64,000 bases of DNA from a virus, in IMG/VR virus record IMGVR_UViG_3300043434_000693, positions 1 through 64,000 of that record. One strand, given 5' to 3'. Each line of letters opens with the position of its first letter. The stretch's first letter is position 1. Position numbers and translations under genes: made by a program. Under the pieces are notes generated by a model. The model had not been told where the DNA came from. It searched no databases and saw only the letters and a program-made list of their open reading frames with translations. Below, in pieces: positions 29,701 to 39,049 of the stretch.

Positions 29701-31045
29701 TTCCTTTTGTAAGTACTGTACAGTTTCTGATATAAGGACTACGAGTTGTAACTACAAGACCTGATGCAAATCGAAATGCATAGCCGTTATCCGGAAATAC
29801 TCGAGTGCTTCCGTTACAACTAAAAGTTAATCCTGATAAGAAAATTGTTCCGGTAGCTATACCACCACTATGTGTTACAGTAGTGTCCCCTGTTGTGTAA
29901 TCATAAGTTGCACTTATAACAGCGTATTCTGTACTATTAACAGTAATTGTTCCGCCTGACACATAAGTATGGGCAAAAGGCGCTGTTCCTGCGTTAAATG
30001 TTACTGATCCCGATGATGCTGTTACAACGGAAAAATAATTACCACCACTGAAAAAATCTGCAACTGTTATATCTTCAATAGTAATATCGCCGTTTAATAA
30101 AAACGCATCGTTATATCTACTTTCTGTAGTTGGAACTATCCTTACAGCACGTATCCCAGCTCCTTTTATAGTAACCCCTGCAGGAACTGTGATTGGAAAA
30201 ATTTCTTGATAAACTCCGGGATATATATAGACAGTATCGCCAGATGATACTTGATCAAGAGCATATTTTAAAGTTAAAAACGGAGCGTGTTCGTGGTTGC
30301 CGGCATTCGAATCACTGCCCTCAGTTGAAACATAATAAATGTTACCTTGAGGTAATGCTAAATCTATTCCGTTAACATTAATGTTGTTAGAATTGATAAC
30401 ATCTGCATTTATTGTGTTAGCATAAACAGTTCGCCATTCTTTTCCACCTAACGCAGGGTCAGAACCTAAATCATATAAATTTGTAGTGTTAGGAACAATA
30501 TTACTTGCAACATCAGCATTAAACACGATATTATCTGTAGAATCGTCACCGATTGTAATATCACCGTCCGCTGTAATGTTTCCGGTCGCATGTAGATTTC
30601 CATCTACATATACATTTGAATTAATGTTAACTTGCCCTGTTCCGTTTGTTCTAATTTCTAAATTAGAGTCAACAACAGTTGTTTCGATAGAATTTGTAAA
30701 AAGCTGTAAATTGTCGTCAACAAGAATCTTTGCTTGATATATAACCGGATTCGAACCGCTAGGTTCTAAATTAATGGTCGACGAACTGCTTGCTATAGTA
30801 TCGCCGCTTATAGTAAAGGTAGCGATATCAGCTTGTGTAGTAACTTCTAGATTAGTTGTACGGGTAGTGCCAACTATTTGTAATTCGTGAGCAGGAGATG
30901 TTGTTTTTATTCCAACACGGCCGTTTATAACATCAAGATAAAGAAGGTCAGTCTCAAAAGCTAAGTTTGCTTGATCGGGTTCTAAATAGTCACGACGAAG
31001 CAAGTTTGACTTTAAGAGAGGACCGGATATGCGACCAATAGCCAT
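26723..31045 (-). CDS. Large fibre protein (1440 aa) with LamG/concanavalin-like domain
   Basis: FTIECWIYP..WTHIALTR..YIDDLRVSKG..LLLHFNG LamG motifs; YYVSTEGSD..PFLTLKYAL beta-helix start; many I.T...dL.l.anGtG repeats. Paralog of 31168-35775. Confidence 0.75.
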   Translation of the reverse strand: MAIGRISGPLLKSNLLRRDYLEPDQANLAFETDLLYLDVINGRVGIKTTSPAHELQIVGTTRTTNLEVTTQADIATFTISGDTIASSSSTINLEPSGSNPVIYQAKILVDDNLQLFTNSIETTVVDSNLEIRTNGTGQVNINSNVYVDGNLHATGNITADGDITIGDDSTDNIVFNADVASNIVPNTTNLYDLGSDPALGGKEWRTVYANTINADVINSNNINVNGIDLALPQGNIYYVSTEGSDSNAGNHEHAPFLTLKYALDQVSSGDTVYIYPGVYQEIFPITVPAGVTIKGAGIRAVRIVPTTESRYNDAFLLNGDITIEDITVADFFSGGNYFSVVTASSGSVTFNAGTAPFAHTYVSGGTITVNSTEYAVISATYDYTTGDTTVTHSGGIATGTIFLSGLTFSCNGSTRVFPDNGYAFRFASGLVVTTRSPYIRNCTVLTKGSVTSPSDPLGFDEGDAGKGAYIDGAYANSASKEASMLFHSVTLITPNVDTITAKNGVRIEWLNSFTYYANRGIYAFSSNYGFAQQGKTRLRIDNRVGTWNVGNTLSYYDTDGVTVLASGVIDSIDSNFVNLTGRCLGFETITDRAGKTAYANGNAKLSTTAQKFGPTSLSVDGVNSYVSISPQPDFNFENDDFTIECWIYPTAIPTEAQYSFIAGQSKAGAGNTSCGLYLTSTSGVTYLYSMGTFGTLAGGVISQNTWTHIALTRENDDFKLWINGVQSGSTLTYSGAMTSASSTNFTIGGNAGFNLYFTGYIDDLRVSKGVSRYSSTFTPSSIALTGDLSTVLLLHFNGSNNSTVILDDGITLQDLRTSAGGTGTLINFADYSDFGAEIRSIGSACIYGNYGVYGDGPGVIAYLISQNFAYVGAGKLTTNDPNDRIDANEIIELNDAKIYYTSVDNEGNFKVGDNFYVNQKTGEVIFNNQSLSVTSLTGVTFTDGVHTTIVTAEDITTGNIRIYDNNIDSLTGDVNITAASGVINLQNDTYITGNLDVTGDVTIGGNIQIGDNSADDIDFIGSINSDLIPATTSLYNLGSDLLRWNTAFLSRIEIDNLVIDSNTISTTNSNDDLILIANGTGRIYIPESDVEIDQNLTVTTDLTVTTGTSYLKNISVIGTITHIGDYNQTGNFTTSGTAEITGNIIGTGYVQLPNIRIENNVISTTTTDTDLELIANGAGNVIVEGIKFDNNYIKSVSTNSNIVLTPQGTGSVIVNSNQSLIIPVGTTAERPLSPTNGMIRFNTSLSRYEGYNNGYWLQLSGVIDNSGNTRILAEATPGANDNTLYFYANNNLTATIDSTKLFTQRLQTTQLDLNGNTITTISPNTDINLTTAGTGGVKIGNLRIRNNTITNTVSGAITVFEELGSGYIKIAGVNGVVIPAGDTEFQRPAVPETGMIRFNIDQDLVEVYNGVSWGSVAGTTSGVTTPQANEIGISAALIFG

Positions 31046-31049
31046 TAGC

Positions 31050-31147
31050 TCTCCTTAACTCCACCGTGTTTCACGGATAACCACCTTACATTGCGGGTTT
31101 ACCACAGTTTGTTCTTGCGTAAAATGGTCTTTTCACGCGATTAAAAG
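31050..31147 (-). promoter_or_regulatory. Candidate structured 5' leader (cis-regulatory RNA) of the 1440-aa fibre gene
   Basis: Three hairpins (31117-31138, 31092-31106, 31064-31076) lie between the late box and the AAGGAG RBS; G-U pairs form only on the minus strand. Confidence 0.5.
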
Positions 31148-31155
31148 TATTTATC
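31148..31155 (-). promoter_or_regulatory. Late promoter box GATAAATA
   Basis: Intergenic, about 100 nt upstream of the 31045 start. Confidence 0.65.
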
Positions 31156-31167
31156 GTATTTTGGCTA

Positions 31168-34100
31168 TTAACCTAAGATGAGTGCCCATGTATCCATGAT
31201 TTCTATAACTTCTTCTTCAGAAGCTGCACTAAGAGGACCAACCGCCGGAATCCAATTTATTCCGTTGAAGACTTCCATTTCGTGATCGTTGTCAGAATTA
31301 ATTCTAATTTCTCCGGTCTCAGGAGTTAATCGACGATCATCATTTCCGCCAGTTGGTATTACAATTGCAGCAGTACCTGCGAATTTATAGTATCCAGTAT
31401 CCGTGCTCGAAAGCGTTAGAGCTGTGTTTTGCTGATTTGTGATTGTATTTTCTTGAACTAAAATGTTGTTTATGTTATTCGTAATACTCGAATCAACACC
31501 GATATTAATGTCGTTCGTACTAATTAGATTACTAATAACATTGTTTGTGATCTTAATATCGTCGATGTGAATAACGTTATTAGTTAATGCATAATCAGTA
31601 ATAGTAGTATATACAGTTCCATTATTTGCGAATCGTAACGTATTGTCATTAGTTCCCGGAGTTAATTCTGCTGTAATATATGTATTACGATCAGAGTCAT
31701 ATAAATTAAACATCGATGTATTTGATGTCGAAGATATAAATCCTTCATATAACGTTGTTATATTGTGTTGTCTTATTTCCCCGACTTGGTATAATACTCT
31801 GTTTGTATCGTTTGCATACGGAATAGTCATCGAATTAGTCGAATCAATTACTACATTCCCTGTGCCGTTAGGTGACAGAACTATACTTTTTTGTAGGTCA
31901 GTTAATGCACCGATTCGTTCATTTGTAAATTCATTATTAGTGATAACTAAGAACTGCTCGAATTTAACACCTCCGGTATTATTTGCAGTAATTATTAAAT
32001 CATCATCTGTAACTGTTGCTTGAATTTCGTTTGTAACAATTTTAATATCAGGAACTTCTAGATAAGACAATGTATCTAAAACTTCTAAATTTACAGTTTG
32101 GAACGTTCCGGTGATATCAGTGTTTCCAGTCTGATTAAAATCTCCAGTTTGAAGAATATTTCCATTGATCTCAATATCTTTTATTGATGTTAAACCATTA
32201 ACAGTTAATGCAGAATTAACCGTTAAGTTTTCCGTAATTTCGACATCGGTGTCATATACATGTATTTTTCCAGATCCAGCTGCTATCAATTCTAAGTCTT
32301 GATCAACTGTTATTGTTTGTATTGTATTACTATTAACTGTAACAACATCGTCAACATTAAGAGTGGTTACAAATAAAGTATTCCATACTTTAGGATCTAA
32401 ATCTCGATGCCCTAAATCATAAGTTTGATCTAATTTTGGATTAATTGTTTGATCGAGTTTTGGTATAATAGTAATGTTGTCAAATGGAGTATCACCTAGA
32501 TAAAGTGTACCTTTGATAACAACATTACCACTGATATCTTGATTACCGGTAATATAAACATCGGTGTTTAGATATGTATCAGTTGATGCAGAATAAACAT
32601 TTACAGGACCTGATAATGATTCGATAGTATTATCAAATATACGAATGTTCCCTGTTTGTACTTGGGTTGCATCAATAATCGTAATGCCGTTAGGCCCTTC
32701 AAATGTAATGTTTCCTTGCGCTGATAGATTGATACTTTGAGCATCAAACGATATTTGTCCGGTTTGTTGGTTAACATAGAAGATGTCGCCTATTCGATAA
32801 TCGCCTTTGTGATCCATGCTATCATAATAGATCACTCCGTGATTTACTGCTACTACTTCGTTAGATTGAATTACTAAACCATAGTCGTTATTTGAATCTG
32901 CACCGCATCCTATGTAGCCAAAATTATGACCAATTAAGTACGCAAGCGTATTAAAGCCATCTGCAACTGCACCGTTTAATCCGTATACATTTGCACTATT
33001 AATACTTCTCAGCTCTGCACCGAAATCACTATAATCTAAATTTATAATTCCAGTAGCAGTTGCATTTGTAAATTTTAAATTTTGTGTCGGAGGAGCACTA
33101 TCAACAATAACTGTTGATCCATTTTCTCCGTCAAAGTGTAATAATAATGCAGAAGAAGAATCCGATGTAAACGGTGAAGACGGCGGTGTAAAATCTGATG
33201 AATATCGAGCAGTAAGTTTACTTACGCGAACTTCGTCGATATATCCATAATAGTAATCAGTATCTCCGGTTGAAAACCCAAGATTAAAAGATCCAGTGCT
33301 GTTATTAATTATTGCACCAGAACTTAATGTTAATTGTATTTTCTTAACACCACTTATATATACTGTAATTGTATCACCGACGCGAGTTAATGCAATATGT
33401 TGCCAAACATTTAAAATAATTGCAGAGTTTTCACTTATAAATGGTTCTCCATTTTCATCTGTTAATATCTGACCATCTTCAGATAACAAATATTCTAACC
33501 CGCTTTCAGCTGATGTGTTTGCCCCGTCATTAAGATAAACTTTTACTTCTCCAGTTGGCAATATTGTAAGTTTAAATGACTGTTCAGATGGTGATGATCC
33601 CCATTGAGAAAAAATTGTTACTTCTGTAGTTGGAAACCCTACTGTGTAAATCCAACTTTCTACGCAAAATGGTTGATTACTAAATGTAAAATCATAACTG
33701 TCGTTAGTTTTAAAATAACTAGTGGTTCCTTCTAAATAAAGACTAGCTGTTTCAAATTTATAATTTGCAGTACTAAGTTGGGCTAAACCTTGTGTATAAA
33801 AGACCGGAGAATTGATTTCACTTAGAAGAATTAGGTTATGAACATTACCATTTAATTTATAAATGTTACTATCAATCTCATTAACCACTCCTGATGCTAT
33901 AACTGTTGATTCATCGTCGCTGTAATAAGTGAAGGTATCCCCAATTTCAACAGTACCGGTAACTCCTGCAAGTTCAACATTTGTTGTACCTAATCCTGCT
34001 AGACCACCTTCGCCGGAAAAGATTTTAATTCCATTCTTTGCATAGTAAGTAAACGAATTTAACCATTCTATCCGAGTGCTGTTTGTGGCTACTAGTCCAT

Positions 34101-35775
34101 CAGCATTTGGAACTATAAAAGTAGTCGAAAAGAACAAGCACGACGGTAATGTTGTCATTGACGGATCAGCAACTACGCCGTCAATATATGCTCCGCCTCC
34201 TGCTGTTCCTTGATTGTATCCAAGAGGATCCGAAATAGAATATGTTCCGCCGTACGGGTTGGATGTAATAGTTCCGCTCCATGTTGCTTGCCATGGATAG
34301 TCAGTGTCGCCAACTCCTGTTGCAATAACTCCTACGGTATTGTTATAATATTCCCACTCTGTTCCAGTCCATGAAAGTGTTTCATCTACATATTGATAAA
34401 AGTTCTTGCCGTTAAGTGTTCCGTTTAGAGCCAATATTCTCCAACTTTGGCCGTAAACTCCAGAGTTAGGATCTCCTGGTACAACATACCATCCATCCAT
34501 ATACACCGATGCATCGAGAGGTATACCTTTAGTTAGAACAGTTACGTTGTAAATATATGGGCTTCGATACAAAGTTTCAAAATTTGTTGAAAGTTTAAAT
34601 GCATATCCTTCGTAAAAATTTTGAACTGTTAAGAACGAGACAGTGGTATCTCCGTTTAACAAAAATGCATCAGATCTATTTGTAGTTGCAGAAGGTTGTA
34701 TTGCAACTGATCGGATACCTGCTCCACGAACCGATACTCCTTGCGGTACTGTTAACGGAAAGTCTTCAGTATATATTCCGGGAAATATAACAACTTCGTC
34801 GCCAGATTGAGCAACACTTAATGCATGTTTTATAGTTCTAAACGGACTATGAGGATGAGTTCCATCATTCGCATTAATTTCTGTTAATACCCATCTTGAA
34901 AGATCGGTAGTAGGGTATCCGCTAGTTCCAGAATCTAAAATTCTTCTATAATAATCTCCGTCGTCTAGAACAATATCCCCAACATTATATGAGGTTATAC
35001 TGCTATAGATACCTACATAATTAAATCCTATAGAGGTTAAATCGTCGTTTCCGTTAACCGACACATAGATAGTATTACCTTGCCTTAACAATAAATCTAT
35101 ATCATTAATAGTAGTCGAATTAGTAGTAAGAGAATCTACAGTTACAGTATTTGAATAAACTGTTTTCCACGATTTGTTTAATGTTCCTACATCATACTCG
35201 TCGGATATATCAGGAATTAAATTGCTTGAAAGATCTGAATTAAAATTAACATTATCGCTATCGTTATTTCCGATAATAATCGACGAGCCGTCCCATGTTA
35301 TATCACCAGTTGCATGTAAATTACCATTAACATTAACAACTGTTGTATAAAATTGTAATTCTCCTAAACCATTAAGATTGATATTAATATCACTGTCATT
35401 AATTAAGTTTTCGATTAATTGGTTTGTAACGCTAAGATTTGCGGTACGGAATTCAATTCCTTTTACAATTGGATCAGAGAGTTGATCAGGAATTAACGAT
35501 ATGCTGTTAGTTACATTTTGAATTTGATTGTTAACAAATTCGATGTTAGCAACATTTAAGTTATTATCTGAAAGTAGATAGGTAGTGTGACTAGTACCAT
35601 TGACTTGCAAGTCGCGCGACGGGGAATCTGTGTTAATTCCTATAAATCCGTTTATAACATCGATGTATAATAAATCAGTTTCAAATGCTAGATTTACTTC
35701 GCCCGATGTTTGTCCGGCTCTAAGAAGATTATTAACTAATAAAGGGCCGCTTATTCTTCCAAGTTGTTGGGCCAT
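31168..35775 (-). CDS. Large fibre protein (1535 aa) with LamG-like domain
   Basis: N-terminal GRISGPLL..NLLR..NLAFETDLLY.DVING shared with 26723-31045; LamG motifs WQHIALTR and YIDEVRVSK. Confidence 0.75.
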   Translation of the reverse strand: MAQQLGRISGPLLVNNLLRAGQTSGEVNLAFETDLLYIDVINGFIGINTDSPSRDLQVNGTSHTTYLLSDNNLNVANIEFVNNQIQNVTNSISLIPDQLSDPIVKGIEFRTANLSVTNQLIENLINDSDININLNGLGELQFYTTVVNVNGNLHATGDITWDGSSIIIGNNDSDNVNFNSDLSSNLIPDISDEYDVGTLNKSWKTVYSNTVTVDSLTTNSTTINDIDLLLRQGNTIYVSVNGNDDLTSIGFNYVGIYSSITSYNVGDIVLDDGDYYRRILDSGTSGYPTTDLSRWVLTEINANDGTHPHSPFRTIKHALSVAQSGDEVVIFPGIYTEDFPLTVPQGVSVRGAGIRSVAIQPSATTNRSDAFLLNGDTTVSFLTVQNFYEGYAFKLSTNFETLYRSPYIYNVTVLTKGIPLDASVYMDGWYVVPGDPNSGVYGQSWRILALNGTLNGKNFYQYVDETLSWTGTEWEYYNNTVGVIATGVGDTDYPWQATWSGTITSNPYGGTYSISDPLGYNQGTAGGGAYIDGVVADPSMTTLPSCLFFSTTFIVPNADGLVATNSTRIEWLNSFTYYAKNGIKIFSGEGGLAGLGTTNVELAGVTGTVEIGDTFTYYSDDESTVIASGVVNEIDSNIYKLNGNVHNLILLSEINSPVFYTQGLAQLSTANYKFETASLYLEGTTSYFKTNDSYDFTFSNQPFCVESWIYTVGFPTTEVTIFSQWGSSPSEQSFKLTILPTGEVKVYLNDGANTSAESGLEYLLSEDGQILTDENGEPFISENSAIILNVWQHIALTRVGDTITVYISGVKKIQLTLSSGAIINNSTGSFNLGFSTGDTDYYYGYIDEVRVSKLTARYSSDFTPPSSPFTSDSSSALLLHFDGENGSTVIVDSAPPTQNLKFTNATATGIINLDYSDFGAELRSINSANVYGLNGAVADGFNTLAYLIGHNFGYIGCGADSNNDYGLVIQSNEVVAVNHGVIYYDSMDHKGDYRIGDIFYVNQQTGQISFDAQSINLSAQGNITFEGPNGITIIDATQVQTGNIRIFDNTIESLSGPVNVYSASTDTYLNTDVYITGNQDISGNVVIKGTLYLGDTPFDNITIIPKLDQTINPKLDQTYDLGHRDLDPKVWNTLFVTTLNVDDVVTVNSNTIQTITVDQDLELIAAGSGKIHVYDTDVEITENLTVNSALTVNGLTSIKDIEINGNILQTGDFNQTGNTDITGTFQTVNLEVLDTLSYLEVPDIKIVTNEIQATVTDDDLIITANNTGGVKFEQFLVITNNEFTNERIGALTDLQKSIVLSPNGTGNVVIDSTNSMTIPYANDTNRVLYQVGEIRQHNITTLYEGFISSTSNTSMFNLYDSDRNTYITAELTPGTNDNTLRFANNGTVYTTITDYALTNNVIHIDDIKITNNVISNLISTNDINIGVDSSITNNINNILVQENTITNQQNTALTLSSTDTGYYKFAGTAAIVIPTGGNDDRRLTPETGEIRINSDNDHEMEVFNGINWIPAVGPLSAASEEEVIEIMDTWALILG

Positions 35776-35784
35776 TTCACTCCT

Positions 35785-36552
35785 TTACTGGTCGAAACCG
35801 TGATATACTGTTACTATTTTTCCTAATGGTACTGGAGAATCAAATGCAATATAGTATCCTAACGAATACGGACCTACTATTGATATAGTATTACCTTCTG
35901 TTTCTGTAACTACTGCTTCGTCAACTACTAATGTACTTGAGGTAACAGTATTAATAGTATATGTTCCGTCGTTACTTCCAGATCCTGATATAGTAATAAC
36001 ATTATCAGGCTGAAATTTTAAAGAAGAAAAATTAATAATTGAAGTATTACTACTAGTAATAGTCTTTGTTCCAGAATCAAACGACAAAATATTGCCCGAC
36101 GTTCTAGCAGGATTTAAAATTAAAGAAAAGTTTGTACCGCTAATTTGAATCACGTTGTCTACAAGAACAATTAATTGTTTTGCTTGTTGAACAATGTTCC
36201 ATGTAAGACCCGATTCTGCAATTGTAGGCGGAGCAGGGTTTAGAATGCCAAACAATACTTCCACGGCATCCCCGGGACCTAGATTTTGTTGCACGATCTC
36301 AGTTGGTTCTTTAAATCGTAAACTTCTCCAAGACTCACTGCCGACTACACCTTGATAAATTTCTACTTCATTAGTAGTTGTATTATATCGAATCATTCCT
36401 GTTAACGGAGACACTGGTCTATCCGATGTTGCTCCCTTCGGCATTAATAGGTTATTTGTAGTATTCATTACTACACCGTTTGTGATATCTACTGCAAGAC
36501 GAGAGTCTGCCGGTGCTCTTCGATTTAATACTTGTTTTCTTAAATATCTCAT
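35785..36552 (-). CDS. Virion structural protein (255 aa)
   Basis: PKGATSDRP..GMIRYNTT..EIY fibre motif, also present in the neighbouring fibre proteins. Confidence 0.55.
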   Translation of the reverse strand: MRYLRKQVLNRRAPADSRLAVDITNGVVMNTTNNLLMPKGATSDRPVSPLTGMIRYNTTTNEVEIYQGVVGSESWRSLRFKEPTEIVQQNLGPGDAVEVLFGILNPAPPTIAESGLTWNIVQQAKQLIVLVDNVIQISGTNFSLILNPARTSGNILSFDSGTKTITSSNTSIINFSSLKFQPDNVITISGSGSNDGTYTINTVTSSTLVVDEAVVTETEGNTISIVGPYSLGYYIAFDSPVPLGKIVTVYHGFDQ

Positions 36553-36553
36553 G

Positions 36554-36886
36554 TTATACCGCCAATGTACTTACCGTTGATACTAAATTTGCAGGACTAT
36601 CACTATTCGCAATTAATCGATCGCCGTCTGCTAACACCATTTTTTCTTGATCAAAGCTAACGGTTTCGCCAGCTGGTATCGGCAATCCATTAACAATTAA
36701 ATTAGTTGTAGATGCAGATTGTCCATATGGTACTGCATGTAGATACAAATTAGTTTGCCCTGTTAACGGGTTCAACGAATCGTAGGTTGCAGTATTACAA
36801 ATAATAACAGTTGTAATGGCATTATTACCTGAACTTGTATAAATTGTAGTATCTGAAGTTGTAATTTGTGTATTTGTAATAGCCAT
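36554..36886 (-). CDS. Small virion protein (~110-aa family, copy 3)
   Basis: TTIYTS..ITTVIICN..IPAGETV..EKMVLADGD. Confidence 0.6.
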   Translation of the reverse strand: MAITNTQITTSDTTIYTSSGNNAITTVIICNTATYDSLNPLTGQTNLYLHAVPYGQSASTTNLIVNGLPIPAGETVSFDQEKMVLADGDRLIANSDSPANLVSTVSTLAV

Positions 36887-36895
36887 ATTTTATCC

Positions 36896-37849
36896 TTAGA
36901 ATAACATACTGAATAATAACGCACGATTTTTAGCAACTAATTCATCTGACACAGTTGAATTAGTAAAAAAGATTCCACTTTTTCCCGGACCAACTATCGA
37001 TTTAGAATATATTTTGTTTTTTCCTAAAGACGATGTTGGAGTGGTTATTTGATCTGTTAAAGAAAGAACAGCGTCAACTTCGACTAAGTTATTATTCGCA
37101 GTTAAAATTAATTGAGCAGTTGAATTATTTTTAATTGTATTGTTTAAAATGTTTACATTATTAACAGTAAGTCCTAATGTTGTTATTTCTGCTCTAAGAT
37201 AACTGTTTACTATAAAGTCAATTGAACTTGCTGTTGCTTCTACTCTCGAAAGCTCTGGGGTTCCTACTAAAGGATAATGAATATTAGTTACATTAGCTGT
37301 ACCGCCAGTTGCTGATACATAATCAGTAACAAATTTTCTATTTGGGACATCATCGTCGCCGAGTACCCGAGTTTCGTAATCAGTAGAATTAACAATTGTT
37401 AAAATGCTATCAAAATTTTGCATGTCGAATAATATGTTCGACAATCCATCTGTTGTAATAGTTGAAAGTTGAAGTGCAGACAACTTTCCATCTTCAGTTT
37501 TAAGAACAAAAGTTCCGGGTGAATCGTCTACTAGATACGGATCATAGTGAGTAACTTGTTCGTCGAAAATAATCTGAGCATCAGATAAATTTCCTCGATC
37601 AATTTGAATTCCTGCACGATAATTTAATGTACTACCTATACCATTCCCAGTTTGTCCAGCATTAATATAGATAATGTTGTCTTTAATAGTAGTATTAGTT
37701 GACTCAACCGTAGTTGTTGTTCCTTTGACGTCAAGATTTCCGGTAATAGTTACAAGTCCAATTGCAGTACCAGTATCTAAAATGATATTCCCGCCAGATT
37801 GAACCTGAAGTCGGTAATCGCTTTGATTAACTTTTAATATTCTTGACAT
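36896..37849 (-). CDS. Virion structural protein (317 aa)
   Basis: ITGNLDVKGTTTTVES..IKDNII..N..AGIQIDRG motif seen in T4-like fibre/neck proteins; hydrophobic C-terminus. Confidence 0.55.
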   Translation of the reverse strand: MSRILKVNQSDYRLQVQSGGNIILDTGTAIGLVTITGNLDVKGTTTTVESTNTTIKDNIIYINAGQTGNGIGSTLNYRAGIQIDRGNLSDAQIIFDEQVTHYDPYLVDDSPGTFVLKTEDGKLSALQLSTITTDGLSNILFDMQNFDSILTIVNSTDYETRVLGDDDVPNRKFVTDYVSATGGTANVTNIHYPLVGTPELSRVEATASSIDFIVNSYLRAEITTLGLTVNNVNILNNTIKNNSTAQLILTANNNLVEVDAVLSLTDQITTPTSSLGKNKIYSKSIVGPGKSGIFFTNSTVSDELVAKNRALLFSMLF

Positions 37850-37861
37850 TTTTAATCCTAA

Positions 37862-37886
37862 ATAAGGGGAGGGTTACTCCCCTTAT
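37862..37886 (-). terminator. Hairpin (probable terminator or stabiliser) after the 342-aa gene
   Basis: ATAAGGGGAG/CTCCCCTTAT 10-bp stem with 5-nt loop; only a short U tail. Confidence 0.6.
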
Positions 37887-37892
37887 GCATTA

Positions 37893-38921
37893 TTATGCGT
37901 TTTCAATTTGGACAACTGATCCACTTGCTGCTGCGAAAGACCATTGTGCAACTTCACCGGTTGCAAATAACCAATCTAAGTCACCACCGTCGTCAACTAA
38001 GCGGGTTAACTTTGCTTTATGTGCAGTTAATTTAGTAACATAATATGTGTTACCGTTCGCATCTGTTGCAATAATTGTTGCTTCGCCTGCTGCTGGAGTA
38101 TCTGCAACTAATGTCACACGGCCTACACCTTGTGCAGTCTTAACAATATACTTCTTGCTTCCAACTTGACGAAGAATATCGCCTAATACTGCTGATGTTC
38201 CATCTCCTGAAACATTTCCTGCTGCACCTGCTGCAGGGACCCATGCAGTAATTTGAATAGCGTTTTCTTGATTGGTTACACTACCGACATTACCTGTATC
38301 AGTAGTTAATACTGCTGTTTTAGTTGCATTACCGGTCATAGTAATTGCAGGAGCAGAAACATATCCTGAACCTTTTTCGTCAATTGCTACTGCTAACACG
38401 CCCCATGTAATGTCAACTCTTAGATTGTTACCGGTGCCGCCTGTTGTAAACATACTAGCAACTGTGCTACCTGGATCACTAACTGCTGTAGCTCCATTAT
38501 ATGCAAGTACAGTATATGAACCGCCGTCTACAAGTTCAACTGTAGTAGCTGCTCCGCCACCATCAACACTTTTAATTCTAAAACTTGCACGAGTAGTATA
38601 GGTACCGTCAACTGTTCCAGTGCCACCAGGTAAAGAACCGCTTCCTAATTCTACTAGTTCTTCATCGATATAGCTTCCGCCGCCATTATCAATACTAACT
38701 GATTTAACTACCATTGTTACAGTACCAGCTGTTGCAGTTACACCAGTAGGTAAAGTTGGTGCTGCAAAGGTTACTGAAGGAACTGCAATGTAGTTATTGT
38801 TTGTTCCACCGATAGTTACACTTGCAACTCCTTGACCGCCAATTCCATAATTGTCAGCGGTTGTGCTTGCGGAACCGACATTGCGGTTACCAAAAAATTT
38901 CTTATTTAATGGGCGTCCCAT
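37893..38921 (-). CDS. Virion protein downstream of the major capsid gene (possible head decoration/appendage protein)
   Basis: 342 aa, Gly/Thr/Ala-rich, strong AAGGAG RBS, with its own late box and downstream hairpin. Confidence 0.55.
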   Translation of the reverse strand: MGRPLNKKFFGNRNVGSASTTADNYGIGGQGVASVTIGGTNNNYIAVPSVTFAAPTLPTGVTATAGTVTMVVKSVSIDNGGGSYIDEELVELGSGSLPGGTGTVDGTYTTRASFRIKSVDGGGAATTVELVDGGSYTVLAYNGATAVSDPGSTVASMFTTGGTGNNLRVDITWGVLAVAIDEKGSGYVSAPAITMTGNATKTAVLTTDTGNVGSVTNQENAIQITAWVPAAGAAGNVSGDGTSAVLGDILRQVGSKKYIVKTAQGVGRVTLVADTPAAGEATIIATDANGNTYYVTKLTAHKAKLTRLVDDGGDLDWLFATGEVAQWSFAAASGSVVQIENA

Positions 38922-38984
38922 TTGTTTTCTCCTTTAAAACGTTCTAGGTTTACGCAGAGGGATTCTGCATAATTTTAGACAAAG

Positions 38985-38992
38985 TATTTATC
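38985..38992 (-). promoter_or_regulatory. Late promoter box GATAAATA
   Basis: Directly after the MCP terminator, upstream of the 38921 start. Confidence 0.7.
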
Positions 38993-38995
38993 AGA

Positions 38996-39026
38996 TAAAA
39001 AGAAAGGACTCCGAAGAGTCCTTTCT
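38996..39026 (-). terminator. Rho-independent terminator of the major capsid gene with cUUCGg tetraloop
   Basis: AGAAAGGACTC-TTCG-GAGTCCTTTCT followed by TTTTA; C(UUCG)G loops are typical of T4-like phages. Confidence 0.9.
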
Positions 39027-39049
39027 AAACGTTCGATAAAGAACAGCTA

